A stretch of DNA of 64,000 nt from the human T2T-CHM13v2.0 reference genome, Homo sapiens: the NCBI RefSeq assembly GCF_009914755.1, contig NC_060940.1; one strand, written 5' to 3'. Below the pieces are notes generated by a model. That model made no database searches, was not told the DNA's origin, and saw nothing but the letters and a program-made list of their open reading frames with translations. A program made the position numbers and the translations under genes. Shown here one piece after another: positions 17,429 through 31,931 of the stretch; the stretch's first letter is position 1, and the number at the start of each line of letters is the position of its first letter.

Positions 17429-20228
17429 ACCAGTGTCCTTGTGATATAGGGAGATCGTCTTCCTTCTCAGGTGTGAGCCGGGCCACCCTCCTTGTGAGAC
17501 ATGGTTATTGAGAGGGTGGAGCACAGACACTGGGGCCAGGCTCACAGGTTCAGATCCCAGCTCTCACCAGCTGTGTGGCCTGGGGCCAGGGCAGCCCATC
17601 ACTGTGTCTCCATTTTCCTGCCTATAAAATGGGGGTGCCAAGAGCACCCGCCCAGCCAAGTTGCTGGGAGAGTTGCATGGGCTGACGCATGGGAGCCCCT
17701 GGAGAGCACGTGGCACGCGGCAGGCGCTGCAGACGAGGTTTGCTGTCAACTGCATTTCCATTTTCTGGAAACCATGAGTCAGGGACAGGTGGGAGGAAAG
17801 GAGGAAGGTGATTCTTCTGGAGGGAAGACAAGCTAGCTGCAAAAACAGATGACCCCTCAGAAGGGAGCATGTGAATACGGGGGCATAAAGGGGTCTCCAT
17901 GTCCTGACATGCACACGACAGGCCTCAGGCTCCTGCAGCTCTGAGAACCCCAGGCCGCACCTGGGCCTTCCGCACTCAAGCACCGCAGTCCAGAGGACCT
18001 GCTGTCAGTCCTCATCTGCCTCCCAGGCGTGGAGTTCAGCTTCCTCACCGGCACCCTCTGCCCTCACATACCGCTCTGGAGATTAAGTGAGCAAGTCGGG
18101 TAGGCAGTGAGTAAGCGGTCGCTGGCATCACTGTCAGGACTTATCTCAGGCAACAGGCTTTCCTGGTCATTCTTTTCTCCGCGTCTGGCATCGGAGCCTT
18201 TCCTCAGAAGCTTCCAGGGTATGATTGGGGTTCTGAAGGCTGCCACTCTATCGTGGGCTTATTTGGAGGAAGGTGGGGCAGGAAAAGCCCTCACTCAGGG
18301 GTTATCTAAACCGCCTGTTGTCGATGGGAGTGAACATTTGTACTTGGTGAAAAAAACATCTCCTCCCGTTTCTATGTAAGGCACAGTTAGACACACAGCA
18401 CGCAAACCGATACACAGTGTATCTGTGGTGAGTCGTATGTGGGTAGGGGTCCCGGGACCACCCCTCTGCCCAGCCCGGGTCTGAGCACCCCCTGGCCTCT
18501 CCCGTGGGTGGTGCCCAGGTGTCAGCGGGGCATCTCTCTGCAGCGCCTCCCCAACACAGACCACTGGACAAGGGTTCAGATCCCACCTCCTGCCCCAGTG
18601 CAAGCCAGGATCGAAGTCAGCATCCCACTCGATCTTGGCACCTGGTGGCACTTGCTAGTCCCCCAGATGGAGACTCAACATCCCTTCTGCTCTGAAGCCG
18701 GTCACAGGCCCCAGGCTCTGTCATTGGCCCGGTCCCAGTGTGCACTGGGCCTTGTGTTCAGCAGTCCCCTCCCAAGCACCAGCCATCCACCCAGCCCGGG
18801 GCCCAGCATGGGGGATGCAGAGATGAGACCTGGGCCCCTCCTGGGGTGGTCCGAGGCAAGATGGTCAGAAGCTGGGGAACACCAGGGACAGCTCTGTGAT
18901 TCGGATGGGGACTGCTCCAGTGGCCACCCCTCACTTTATGTGTCACGGTTTTAAGCTCTGGGCCCTCAGAGGTGCCCAGGCCTGGCTTAGGCGAGAACTG
19001 ACTACCTCTGGGTTTGTTTTTCCGCGGAGTCCCTATAGCCAGAGAGATCCGGAACCCAGGTGGGGGAACTGGTTATAAACACAGTGCAGGTGCTGGGGCC
19101 GAGAGGACGGGTCATGGTCTTTGAAGCACCTGAGGTCAGATCTCAGCCACTTGCTGGTGACTTGTGGGAAATCACAAACAGCTCTGAGCCTCATTTTCCT
19201 CGTCTGTAAAATGGGGGTTGTCATGACTGCAGTCTCTGGGGGCCGTGTGTGAGTGCTCTGCTGTGTGATACAAGCCCATCTGTACTCAGACTGAGACGCC
19301 GGCGAGTTCTCTGGACGCTCCCAGCTTTTGGGGGCAAGAGTTGGCCAAAAAACTCCCTCTTTATGAAGCTGTGCTGGTAAGTGGTCGGGAAGCAGCCTGT
19401 TGGGCCTCAGGAAACTCCCGAAGCTATTGCTTCCCTGCTGTGGCCTGGCTGTATCACAGCCCTGTGGTCACGGTCAGTGAATTGCCATACTGCTCCTTGT
19501 CCGTAATTTGGACTCAGCACACAGGGTCCTCTGGGTAGATCCCATGAGCGAACACAAGCAGTGCCCTTACTTCAAGCCCCGGTGCGCAGGCAGCGCAGAG
19601 CGAATTGCATCTGCGTTATCAGCAGTGCTAATACTGTTCGGTTGTGGGACAGTGGTCTTCCCAGGGTCGGATGGGGGTGACACCCTGGTGCCTGGCTTCA
19701 CCACACACCATGGTGTGATAGAGCCTGAAATACCTGGTTCTGAGTCCAGCTTTACCCCTTCCTAGGCTGTGTAGATGACTCGGAGTGGGTAACTGACCTC
19801 TCCCGCTGTCTCTGCACACAGGAAGGAGGCTCTTTCATGAAAGGGTTAAGTGAAGTCAGGTGAACAGCACGGTGCTTCCCGCAGCTGCTCTCACTGAGGT
19901 TTAGCCCTCCTTCCTTACCCAGGCAGGCGTTGGCTTTTGCTAAGATCACAGCCGTGGCCTTTCAGGGCTGGTGAGAGCCAAGGCTCTGCTGTCACAGAAG
20001 CCTGGATTTGACTCCTCATATGCCACAGCTGTGTGACCTTAAACCTCTGAGCCTCCAGTTCGTCATCTGTTAAGTGGGGTTAGTCACACTGACTTTATTG
20101 TGCTCTTGTAAAGAGTAAATGAACTAAGGTATAGCCCTTAGCATCCTGCAGTGTGTGTGGAAAGTCTCCGTGACATCGGAGCTGCTGTTGTTATTGTCAT
20201 TGTTATTACCGTCATTAGCATCAACTCT

Positions 20229-21965
20229 GTTTTTTTTTAATATACTTTAAGTTCTAGGGTACATGTGCACAATGTGCAGGTTTGTTACATATGTATACAT
20301 GTACCATGTTGATGTGCTGCACCCATTAACTCATCATTTACATTAGATATATCTCCTAATGCTATCCCTCCCTCCTCCCCCAACCCCACAACAGGCCCCG
20401 GTGTGTGATGTTCCCCACCCCGTGGCCAAGTGTTCTCATTTTTCAGTTCCCACCTATGAGTGAGAACATGTGGTGTTCGTTTTCTGTCCTTGCGATAGTT
20501 TGCTCAGAATGATGGTTTCCAGCTTCATCCATGTCCCTACAGAGGACATGAACTCATCCTTTTTTATGGCTGCATAGTATTCCATGGTGTATATGTGCCA
20601 CATCTTCTTAATCCAGTCTGTCATTGATGGACATTTTGGTTGGTTCCAAGTCTTTGCTATTGTGAATAGTGCTGCAATCAATATACATGTGCATGTGTCT
20701 TTATAGCAGCGTGATTTATAATCCTTTGGGTATATACCCAGTAATGGGATGGCTGGGTCAAATGGTATTTCTAGTTCTAGATCCTCAAGGCATCTCCACA
20801 CTGTCTTCCACAATGGTTGAACTAGTTTACAGTCCCACCAACAGTGTAAAAGTGTTCCTATTTCTCCACATCCTCTCCAGCACCTGTTGTTTCCTGACTT
20901 TTTAATGATCGCCATTCTAACTGGTGTGAGATGGTATCTCATTGTGGTTTTCATTTGCATTTCTCTGATGGCCAGTGATGATGAGCATTTTTTCATGTGT
21001 CTGTTGGCTGCATAAATGTCTTCTTTTGAGAAGTGTCTGTTCATATCCTTCGCCCACTTGTTGATGGGGTTGATTTTTTCTTGTAAATTTGTTTAAGTTC
21101 TTTGTAGATTCTGGATATTAGCCCTTTGTCAGATGGGTAGATTGTAAAAATTTTCTCCCATTCTGTAGGTTTCCTTTTCACTCTGATGGTGGTTTCTTTT
21201 GCTGTGCAGAAGCTCTTTAGTTTAATTAGATCCCATTTGTCAATTTTGGCTTTTGTTGCCATTGCTTTTGGTATTTTAGTCATGAAGTCCTTGCCCATGT
21301 TTATGTCCTGAAAGGTATTGCCTAGGTTTTCTTCTAGGGCTATTATGGTTTTAGGTCTAACATTTAAGTCTTTAATCCATCTTGAATTAATTTTTGCATA
21401 AGGTGTAAGGAAGGGATCCAGTTTCAGCTTTCTACATATGGCTAGCCAGTTTTCCCAGCACCATTTATTAAATAGGGAATCCTTTCCCCATTTCTTGTTT
21501 TTATCAGGTTTGTCAAAGATCAGGTGGTTGTAGATGTGTGGTATTATTTCTGAGGGCCCTGTTCTGTTCCATTGGTCTGTATCTCTGTTTTGGTACCAGT
21601 ACCATGCTGTTTTGGTTACTGTAGCCTTGTAGTAGAGTTTGAAGTCAGGTAGCATGATGCCTCCAGCTTTGTTCTTTTGGCTTAGGATTGTCTTGGCAAT
21701 GTGGGCTCTTTTTTGGTTCCATATGAACTTTAAAGTAGTTTTTTCCAATTCTGTGAAGAAAGTCATTGGTAGGTTGATGGGGATGGCATTGAATCTATAA
21801 ATTACCTCGGGCAGTATGGCCATTTTCACGATATTGATTCTTCCTATCCATGAGCATGGAATGTTCTTCCATTTCTTTGTGTCCTCTTTTATTTCATTGA
21901 GCAGTGGTTTGTAGTTCTCCTTGAAGAGGTCCTTCACTTCCCTTGTAAGTTGGATTCCTGGGTAT
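20229..21965 (-). mobile_element. 5'-truncated LINE-1 (L1PA4-6-like): ORF2 C-terminal part plus 3' UTR
   Basis: ORFs 21041..22051 and 20454..21044 translate to L1 ORF2p ([36 protein letters not shown]); 14-bp TSD ttagcatcaactct at 20215-20228 and 21966-21979. Confidence 0.97.
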
Positions 21966-22031
21966 TTAGCATCAACTCTTAGAAAAGAAGAAAAGCTGTT
22001 GTCTGAAAGCAAAAATAGAAGTATCCACCAA

Positions 22032-22560
<529 letters not shown>

Positions 22561-22675
22561 CTACAAACAAACAGCTTAGAATGTTTGTTGTTTATGATTC
22601 TGTCTATAGAATTTTCCCTCAGTTCTGATCACAGAAAGGTGAGAATGGCCCCAGGGTCCCAGCCTAAGCCCCCTA

Positions 22676-23015
22676 CATTAGTTTGCTAGGACTGCTATAA
22701 AGTACCATCAACCTCATAGCTTACTCAACAAACATGTATTTCTTTCAGTTCGGGAAGGCACAATCCTGAAATCAAGGTGTGGGCAGGGCTGGTTTCTCTG
22801 GAGGCCTCTCTCCTGGCTTGCAGATGGCTGCCTTCTCGCTGAGTCCTGGCTGGTCTTTGCTCTGCGTGTCCGTGTTTCCTCTTCTTCTAAGGACATCCGT
22901 CTACAGCCTCATTGTAACCTAATCACCTCTTTAAAGGTTGTGTCTCCCAGTACATTCTGAAGTACTGGGGTGCAGAGCTTCAGTATATGAATGGGGGGCA
23001 AAGTTCAGCCTAAAA
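22676..23015 (-). mobile_element. MaLR LTR (MLT1A/B-like)
   Basis: ttagtttgctaggactgc...aaatcaaggtgtgggcagggctggtttctc...cttgcagatggctgccttctc. Confidence 0.75.
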
Positions 23016-23159
23016 CACCCCCTAATGGTCCCAAAGAGGGCATGAACAATGATCACGTAGCCTTGGTTCAAAGGGCATTGTGAAGTCTGGGGAATAGACA
23101 GCTCACCCCCTCGGGTGCCATGAGGAAGTCTCTGCACAGGCCCAGTTGTGAGTCCTTGA

Positions 23160-23402
<243 letters not shown>

Positions 23403-24718
23403 TAAGTCCCGTGTGCATCCCCGGAGCCCTCCCACCTGTGAGACAAACCTCAGTTGTCCACCAAGGCCTTAGTGGGGGGCCAGTCATGTTATGGGGAAGC
23501 GAAGTCACAGCGGGAAGACCCTGGAGACGTCGGTACCAGCTCAGCCACGTCCTCAGCTGTGGGACCCCTGGGGAGGCACATCTTCCCTCAGAAAAATGGG
23601 GAACTCAGGAGAACAGGGACATTGTAGGAGCTGCTTGACTGCATTGTCACAAGGATTCATGAGCTAAGAATGCAAACAGAGCCCTCCCCATGGCTCCTGG
23701 CAGGCCGTGCAGTTATCGTCTTTTATTATGCACCAGATGGGAACCGTAATACCTGCCGCTCCTCTTCCGAGGGCGATAGTAAGAATCAAAAGATAATGCG
23801 CGTAGCATTGCTCGCTGTGCCGTACTGAGATGCTGGAAGCGCTCTAATTACGCCCGGTACAACGCTCAGCTCAGGCTCTGCAGCAAACCTGGCCAGAAAC
23901 AGACCCTCTGCCTCTCTCTTGCCGGCCCCTAGCACCATATTGAATTGATCACTGGAAACTAGAGAGAACGCTGTCTGGTGGATAATGGCCTGAAGAGAAG
24001 GCTTTGTCAAAATAACCAGGCCCTGAAATGCCTCCAGGTCTCTTTCAAGAGGTTGGAAGGAGCCAGCCTCGGGAGGCAGCTGGGGCTCTCGAAGGAGCCG
24101 ATTACCAAGCGTGTTTAGGAAATGCTGCCTCTGTAAGGGCACATTACACGCAGTAATTGCCCCATGTGCTGGCCTGGCCAGTCCCCGAGGGTCCCCAGTA
24201 CTTGAGGCCGGAGAAATCCACCTCCTAAGAGGCGCTCAGTCTCAGCAGAGTCGTGACGTCATTGGCCTCAGTCCCCGTCCCCATAGGCCTGGGCGCTCTT
24301 GGCTGTGGCAACTGTCTTAGAAGAATGGTCCCCCATGGCCGCTGATGTGTGCAGTAATGAGTGCCGCCCGCCTTAATCGTGGAACAGTTAATGAACACAC
24401 CTGGGTCTCCGGAGCCCACATGCACCCACACATGCTCAGGCAGCAGCTTAGCCCCTCTTATTCACAGGTGTGGGCACAGGGAACTTTCGGGAATGGGGGG
24501 CCCAGTGTGTTCATGTTGCTCTGATCTGCCGCCTCCTCACAGAAGGCCTTTGTTTTGGAGCTTTGAGTGGGGACAAAATGTTGGCATTTCACTCACATTC
24601 CTCTTCATTCTTTGAATCAGACATAAAGTCTAGACGTCCCCAGAGGTTAATCTTGGGAACATTGTGCTGTTTCCGACGCTTCTGTTAACCGCCGTGTTTT
24701 CCCCTGTTTTTGTTGCAG

Positions 24719-24745
24719 AGCTCTCGCACATGAGAAGTTCACCAA
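24719..24745 (+). CDS. CMIP: CMIP exon 12, 27-nt microexon ALAHEKFT
   Basis: Acceptor ttttgttgcag|A, donor AA|gtgagt; supplies the ALAHEKFTK residues between FPKE and ELKYV. Confidence 0.93.
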
Positions 24746-24999
24746 GTGAGTGTCTGGGCACCGCCCTCATTCCATTCTGGCACGCACGGCCTCTGTCCTG
24801 AGGTCTTCCCTCCGTGGCGCATGCATTCTGGGAGGCAGTGGTGGCTCCTCTTGGCAGTTCTCTTGAGACACGTGTCCCTGATCCACCGCCTTGCCCAGCT
24901 CCCTGGCCCGTTCTTCCTTGACACCATCCCCTCCCCTTCCCACACCTCCCACTCAGTTCCAGACCCCGGCAGTAACTCCGGCCGCCTCGTCTCTTCCAG

Positions 25000-25048
25000 G
25001 GAACTGAAGTACGTGATTCAGAGGTTCGCCGAAGACCCCAGGCAAGAG
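25000..25048 (+). CDS. CMIP: CMIP exon 13, ELKYVIQRFAEDPRQE
   Basis: Acceptor ctcttccag|G, donor GAG|gtgagg; 49 nt, phase 2-0. Confidence 0.95.
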
Positions 25049-27399
25049 GTGAGGCCTTTGTTTCTGCATCTCAGGCCGGCTGTCTGGGGATGGCAGGATG
25101 CACGAGGGCCCCTTAGAGGCCTTCTGAAGCTTGTCACCAACAGGCATTCAGAACAGCTTTCAGAGACCCATTGCCTGTGTATAAACACATCCCCGCCTGG
25201 TGCAGAGCCCAGCCTGTGATGTCAGTGTTTTACTGTAAACGCCGGCTCACCGGGGGTGGTTTTCCACTGGCTGGTGGTTTCTGCCCGCAGCCGAGGCCTT
25301 GATTTCGGGCTGGGCTGGCATGGCAGCTCTCAACCAGCTCTGAGGCAGCATTTTGATCCTGTCTGGTTCTGCTATTATGTGAATCACTGGGCAGAGCAAG
25401 GAATCTGAGCTGGGATTCAGAGCTGGGTTTTTATTTCCCGGTCATGGTGGCCAAGGGTTTCCCTGAAGGGCTGCTGTGTCCCTCACCAAAGCTGGGCTTC
25501 CAGGGAGAGGGCAGCCTTCCACCTTCTGCCCCTGAGCCTGTGCACATGGGCAGGGACCTAGGCAGGCAAGGAAGCCAGCCTGTAGCCCTGGGCCCGCATC
25601 ATCTGATAGTAACAGCACCAGCAGCTGTCTTTTAGGAGGTGCTGTGCCCCGGGTCACACACATTCCTTTTCTCATGCCTCACAGCATCCCTGTGAGTGTC
25701 TTCTATAGTATTCCCAGTGTTGCGCGGCTGGTCCACGACTGAGGCAAGATTCGAGCCTGGTGCTGATAACCATCTCACTGCACTGTGTGCTGTGCTCTGA
25801 GATGCTCACAGCCTGCTTCTCTGTGTGCATGAGTTCTGGGTGTGGTAGCGCCCTAACTCACAGTTGAGGACAGACCTAGACTCGTGCTCCCGGCAGAACA
25901 GGGGGAAGGATGAGCAGAGGACAGGGGGAGTTCCTCTCCATAGAGCCATCCCCAGGAGGCTTCCTGGAGAAGGTGGTACTGAACTGGCTGGACTTAGCTA
26001 AATGGGTCAAACTGGACCTTAGTCTGGAGGGTGGAGAATGGTGTTTGAGAAGGAATCTGAGGACACATGGACACCAAGGTCTTGCCATGTCCAACCATGG
26101 CAGGTCTCTCTGACTCAGAACCCACAGTTTATCAGGCTGTAATTCCAAAAGTTCTAGAGTACTTGTTCTCAAACTATATTACCTGAGGAGCTTGTTCAAA
26201 AGGCAGACCCCCCTGCCGCCGCATCCCTTCCCGGTTCCAGCTCACGGGGCCTGGGTGGAGCCAAGCATATGCGTTTTGATGCGTTTTGAACAAGCATCCC
26301 AAGTGGTTCTGAGGGGCTGGTCTCCAGGCCACACTGAAAAACCGAGTTCTGGAGGGATCTTGAAGACTCTAGTTCCAAAACACCGCAATTCTAAACACCG
26401 ATTTCCCTAAGTGTTCCTCAGGCATGGAGGGAAAAAGGAGAAACGGTGGATATGGTGCTTTTAAATGTCAGGGACCAGTGAGTGTCTCCATTTTTCTTAA
26501 ACTTAAGTCTTTCCTTGCCACCTGTGAAGACAGAGTCTCAGAGTTCTCCTGGGAACTGAGCCTTTATTCAAACCCAGCCTTTGACGCTGGGAGAACAAAA
26601 GTGGCATCAGCTGCTTCTCAGAGTAGAGAGGCAGGGCCAGCTGCTGGGAGGGTAATTCTCAAACCAGGGAAATGTGCATGAGGCCCCGAGTGACCTGCCG
26701 GTCTGGAAGGAGCCAGCTCCCCTGGCCAAGGTCCCACACCCAGGCCCTTGTTCTCCTGTTTGCCTCTTTCTTTTCTCTGCTGATTCTCTCTCCCTTTTCC
26801 TCCTCACTCTTCTTTCTCCCTTCCCTTCTACCTTCTCCTTCCTAAATGAAGCCAAAGTTGTTTCCTTTAAAATTATTTGCTATATTTGTTGAATAGCATC
26901 TCAACACTCCTAAGTCCTTATTGCTTTGAAGTCGATGAGGGAACCCTTGATATTCTTCCAGCTCAGAGGGAAAAATAAAAGCCACTGCCTTTGTTTTCTG
27001 TGTGCTCGTGTGTGGGTTGTGATCAGTTTAATATCTGTGGGTAACAGATTCTTGGCAGCCAATTGTCCTTTCCTAAAGGAAATGATGAGGAACTTCTCTC
27101 AGCTTTCTTCGGAGGACAGGAGGAGGTGGGGAAAAGTCCTTTGTGTTTCCTGCACGCCCTTGCTCTCATGCTCTGTCTCTCTCCCTCACTCTCCCCGCTC
27201 TCCATCCTCTCCCTCCTTCCCTCTCTCTCTGTGTAATCACAGCAGGGGCCAGAGTGGATGTGGAATTCCTCCCATACACACACACACGTGTGCTCACATG
27301 CACAAACAGGCCCATCCACACAGACACACAGCTCTGGGAAGGAATGTGAGAGCTGTGCTTTTGGCACTGAAATTGCCCCCAGCCACGGACAGATCCTTC

Positions 27400-27790
27400 A
27401 GTGGAGGGGGACAAAGACTCAGGGAAGGAAGTGGGGATGAGACCTAACAAGAGAGGGTGGCAGAGTCCCAAAGAGGGGGAGAGAGAGAGAGAGAGAGAGA
27501 GATTAGCAGGGCAGATACCTGGAGGGGAGGATGGTGCCTGCACAAGTCAAGAAAGGGAGGGCAGAAGGCACACACCCAAGAGGGAGAGTCAGTGCTGGGG
27601 GCAGCAGAACCCCAGAGAGGCAGCAGGGAGAGGTTTCTAGAGAAAGAGGGCAGAGAGCACGGGAGAGGAGTTAGAAACACAGAGAGAGGAGGACAGAGAA
27701 CCAAACAGAGAACGGAGACCCAGGAGATGGCCCCACCCAGAGGAAGGCATAGCAGAAGGAGAAAGGGGGCAGGAGAAAGGGAAAAGGGGC
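27400..27790. repeat. Purine-rich (GA) low-complexity tract with (GA)n at ~27479-27502
   Basis: Direct inspection. Confidence 0.8.
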
Positions 27791-28017
27791 TGATTGTGGG
27801 CGGTTGCTCTGGGCATCTCTACCTGCTGCAGCCACAGGCCCGCTTCATTCAGATCAGCCAATCAAGCCGGGGCCTGCCCTCCCTCCTGTGCAGCTGACAG
27901 CCAGTAGCCAGAGTCCCCTGGGGTGTGGGGGCCACGGTATTTCCCGAAAGACCTTTCATGGCATTTGGTGGAAGGCTGGGGGTTGCTGGAGGAAACAAAG
28001 TTAAGCGGGTTTCTTGA

Positions 28018-28254
<237 letters not shown>

Positions 28255-30159
28255 TGACTTCCAGGGGTCCCTGGGCTTGCCATGCCTGACTAGTAAAACA
28301 GCCGTCCCCCATCCCCTGGGGCCAGCCCCGGAGTTTCCAGGCTAACACAGTGCTGATCATGAAGGTGGTGGTGGTGGTGGTGGTGATGGTGACCGTGACT
28401 GTCACTTACTCATTTCTTATCTGAGGCTCCAAGCCAAGCACTTGGCTTTCCCAGTTGCACTCAGCTCTCACAGCACAGTGAGAAGACGACACATGTCATT
28501 GCCCCATTTTATACCCAAGGCAGCTAAAGCCTGGGCCGTCACTGCCTAAGGTCACACAGTTCATTGCCATGGTTATGTTCCTACAAGAAATTGAGTGCCC
28601 AACGGGACCAGGGATTCTGGAAGGCACTGCAGGTCCACCAGCTTGTTTAATCCTTACAAGGAGGTGTCGCGGTCAGGGGGATTGTTCCCACTATCATGAG
28701 GGGTCTGAGGTCACCAAACCAATAGCTGCATCCATGATAACTTTCTTTGTGCCCGGCACTGTATCCAGCACTTCATATGCACTATCCTTTTTTATCTGTA
28801 CTGCATCCTTGTTGCTGAATTACACCTCTGTTGAAACAGAGGCCCACAGAGGTTCGGTGGCGTGCCTGGGGTCCCACAGGCCTTCTGTTTCCAAGCCCTT
28901 CCTTGGCCAGGCACACATGCCTTCTTCCAGGAGTAAAGGGCCACAGACTCTTCCTCCCCCAGGGCAGATGCTGCACCCTAGTGGCCAGCAGCCTCGCCGA
29001 CTCCACTTGCTGAGAAAACCAGCTCCATTTACTGGTCACTGGTGCTCCCACACTCAAACTGGGCTTCCAGTCGCAGCTCTGCTGGGAGCTAGCTTGTTGA
29101 CCTTGGGCTGGTAACTTGCCTCTGCCAGCTTCAGCCCCTCGTCCGGGAGCCTCGCATTGGCCTCTCGAGGTTACCGCAGCGATCGCATGCGACAGTAGAT
29201 GCACGGCGCCCGGCGGGCCGGCACAGTCGCTGCTCGGAAATGACGCCGGTGGTGATTCTCCTCTCTGCTGGGTGGCTGGTTTGGCTGTCCACACTGAACT
29301 CAGCAGAGATGTTTGTGCAGCGATGACAAATTGAGGCGCTGCCCCTGGGAGCTTCTTGAAAAGGGCTTATTTTTAGGCCCTTTGCCTCATGCACTCCCTC
29401 GCCACTCCTCGCCGGCCACCCCAGGCCTCTCAGGGCCCTGCGCATCTAGGAACATGCCTGCCCCTGCCAGCCTGCACCACCTCTCTCGCGCTCTCGGTCA
29501 CCTCTCGGGTTCTCCTCTGATGTCACAGCTTCACCATAGCAACGCTCAGCTGCGCCCCCCCGCCCCCACCCTACAATGTGAGGATTCGGTGCAAGAAAGC
29601 GCAGGGAGCTGGCGGCTTCCCAGCCCGAGAGATTGCATTTGTATGCCAGAGCTGTTCATGATGGAGCGGAAAAAATATACACAAGGAAGGAAGCAGGCAG
29701 CCGCTGGATGGAAGTGTGTTGTTGCCATGGAGATGCATGGCTTGGAAGCCGGCCCCTTGATGAGGCTGCTTTCTCCACCGCCAAGGGCATTTGCCATTGT
29801 GTGAAGTTGGAGGAAAGCCAATGGGGTGTCGAGGCCTCCCCCCAGCCCCGGTGACCGGGGACCCCTGCCCTTGGGCCCCCATCGCCCATGCACCAGAACA
29901 AAAGACCGCCCAACACATAACCCAAGAGGAAGCAGGATTTGCCAATTCTTGGATTCCTGGGGCGCAGGCAGTCTCCCAAAACACCCTTCCGAGCTCACAG
30001 CGGGCTTGGCAGAGGTGGCTGGGCTTCGTCACGTCCCCTACCCCATACATGTGCGAAGGCTGCCTAGAAGTTTCTACGTGGTTCCAGCGGTGCCAGGAAT
30101 TCAAAGGATCAACTGTCAGCAGACTCCCGAGGGGAGCAGGGGAGGGGGCTTTTTTGTTT

Positions 30160-30410
30160 TTGGCAGTAAAATACACATCATATAAAAGTGTGCATCTGTA
30201 AGCACACCGTTCAGTCACACTGAAGACATTCATGTTGTAACACAACCATCACCACCGTTCATCTCCAGAACGTTCTTATCTTCCGAAACTGAAACTCAGC
30301 ATCCATTACACACTGACTCCCCCTTCCTCCCAGCCTCAGTCCCTGGCAGCCACTTTTCCTTTCTGTCTCTGAATTTCCCTATCCAGGTACCTCATGTAAG
30401 TGGAGTCAGA
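30160..30410 (-). mobile_element. Old L1 (L1MB-like) 3' fragment
   Basis: cacaaccatcaccacc..ctccagaac..ccctggcagccact..tttctgtctctgaattt. Confidence 0.7.
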
Positions 30411-30526
30411 GTCTCCTTCTGCTTAAAACTTCAACGTAATAAGTGTTTCAAACATCAGAACTTTTATAATGGCAGGAGATTACATATTTAGAGATTCTAT
30501 TACAGATTCTTGAAAAAACTAGCAAG

Positions 30527-30826
30527 GGCCGGGCACAGTGGCTCACGCCTGTAATCCCAGCACTGTGGGAAGCCGAGTTGGGTGGACCACTTGAGTTCAG
30601 GAATTCAAGACCAGCCTGGCCAACATGGTGAACCCCATCTCTACTAAAAATAGAAATAAATTAGCCAGGTATGGTGGTGCATGCCTGTAATCCTAGCTTA
30701 CTAGGGAGGCTGAGGTGGGAGGATTGCTTGAACCCAAGCGGCAGAGGTTGCAGTGAGCCAAGATCGCACCACTACACACTCCAGCCTGGACAATAGAGCG
30801 AGACTCCATCTCAAAAAAAATAAAAA
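30527..30826 (+). mobile_element. Alu
   Basis: Sense dimer; aaaaa(c)tagcaaggg flanks both ends (TSD). Confidence 0.92.
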
Positions 30827-30944
30827 TAGCAAGGGCTACATTTGTTTAAATCAAGAGACCTTAAATTGCATTCTAGTCAGCTTTTATTGCATTTAGTATT
30901 ATAGATTTATACAAAAGATACCCTTGCTGAGCTGGGGCTTATAG

Positions 30945-31547
<603 letters not shown>

Positions 31548-31931
31548 TGATCCAGCTGATCCATTGATCAGTGGGGTTGGGGACGCTTCTGTTCTGCTCA
31601 TTTATTGCTGTGTAACAAACCACCTCTAAGTGAGGGCTTTAAAACAAGATCGTTCATTTCTTTTGCACATGGGCATTGGGGTACCTGGGCGCAGCTACGC
31701 ACTTCTCACCTGGGGCCTCATCAGTCAGATGGGGCCAGGTTGGGTTAGCCCCAAGGCTTCTCGCATTGGCCTAAGAGGCCTCAGACAATGAGGGCTTTGG
31801 CGGCTGGGGCTCCCCAGCCACACCCTTCACCTCGTGGCCTCCAGGTAGCCTGTCCACCTGCCAAGAACACACACACCCAGCCCCACAGGTCACCCCTCAC
31901 CTGCTGCTGCTCCTCTCTCTCCCTGCACGCT

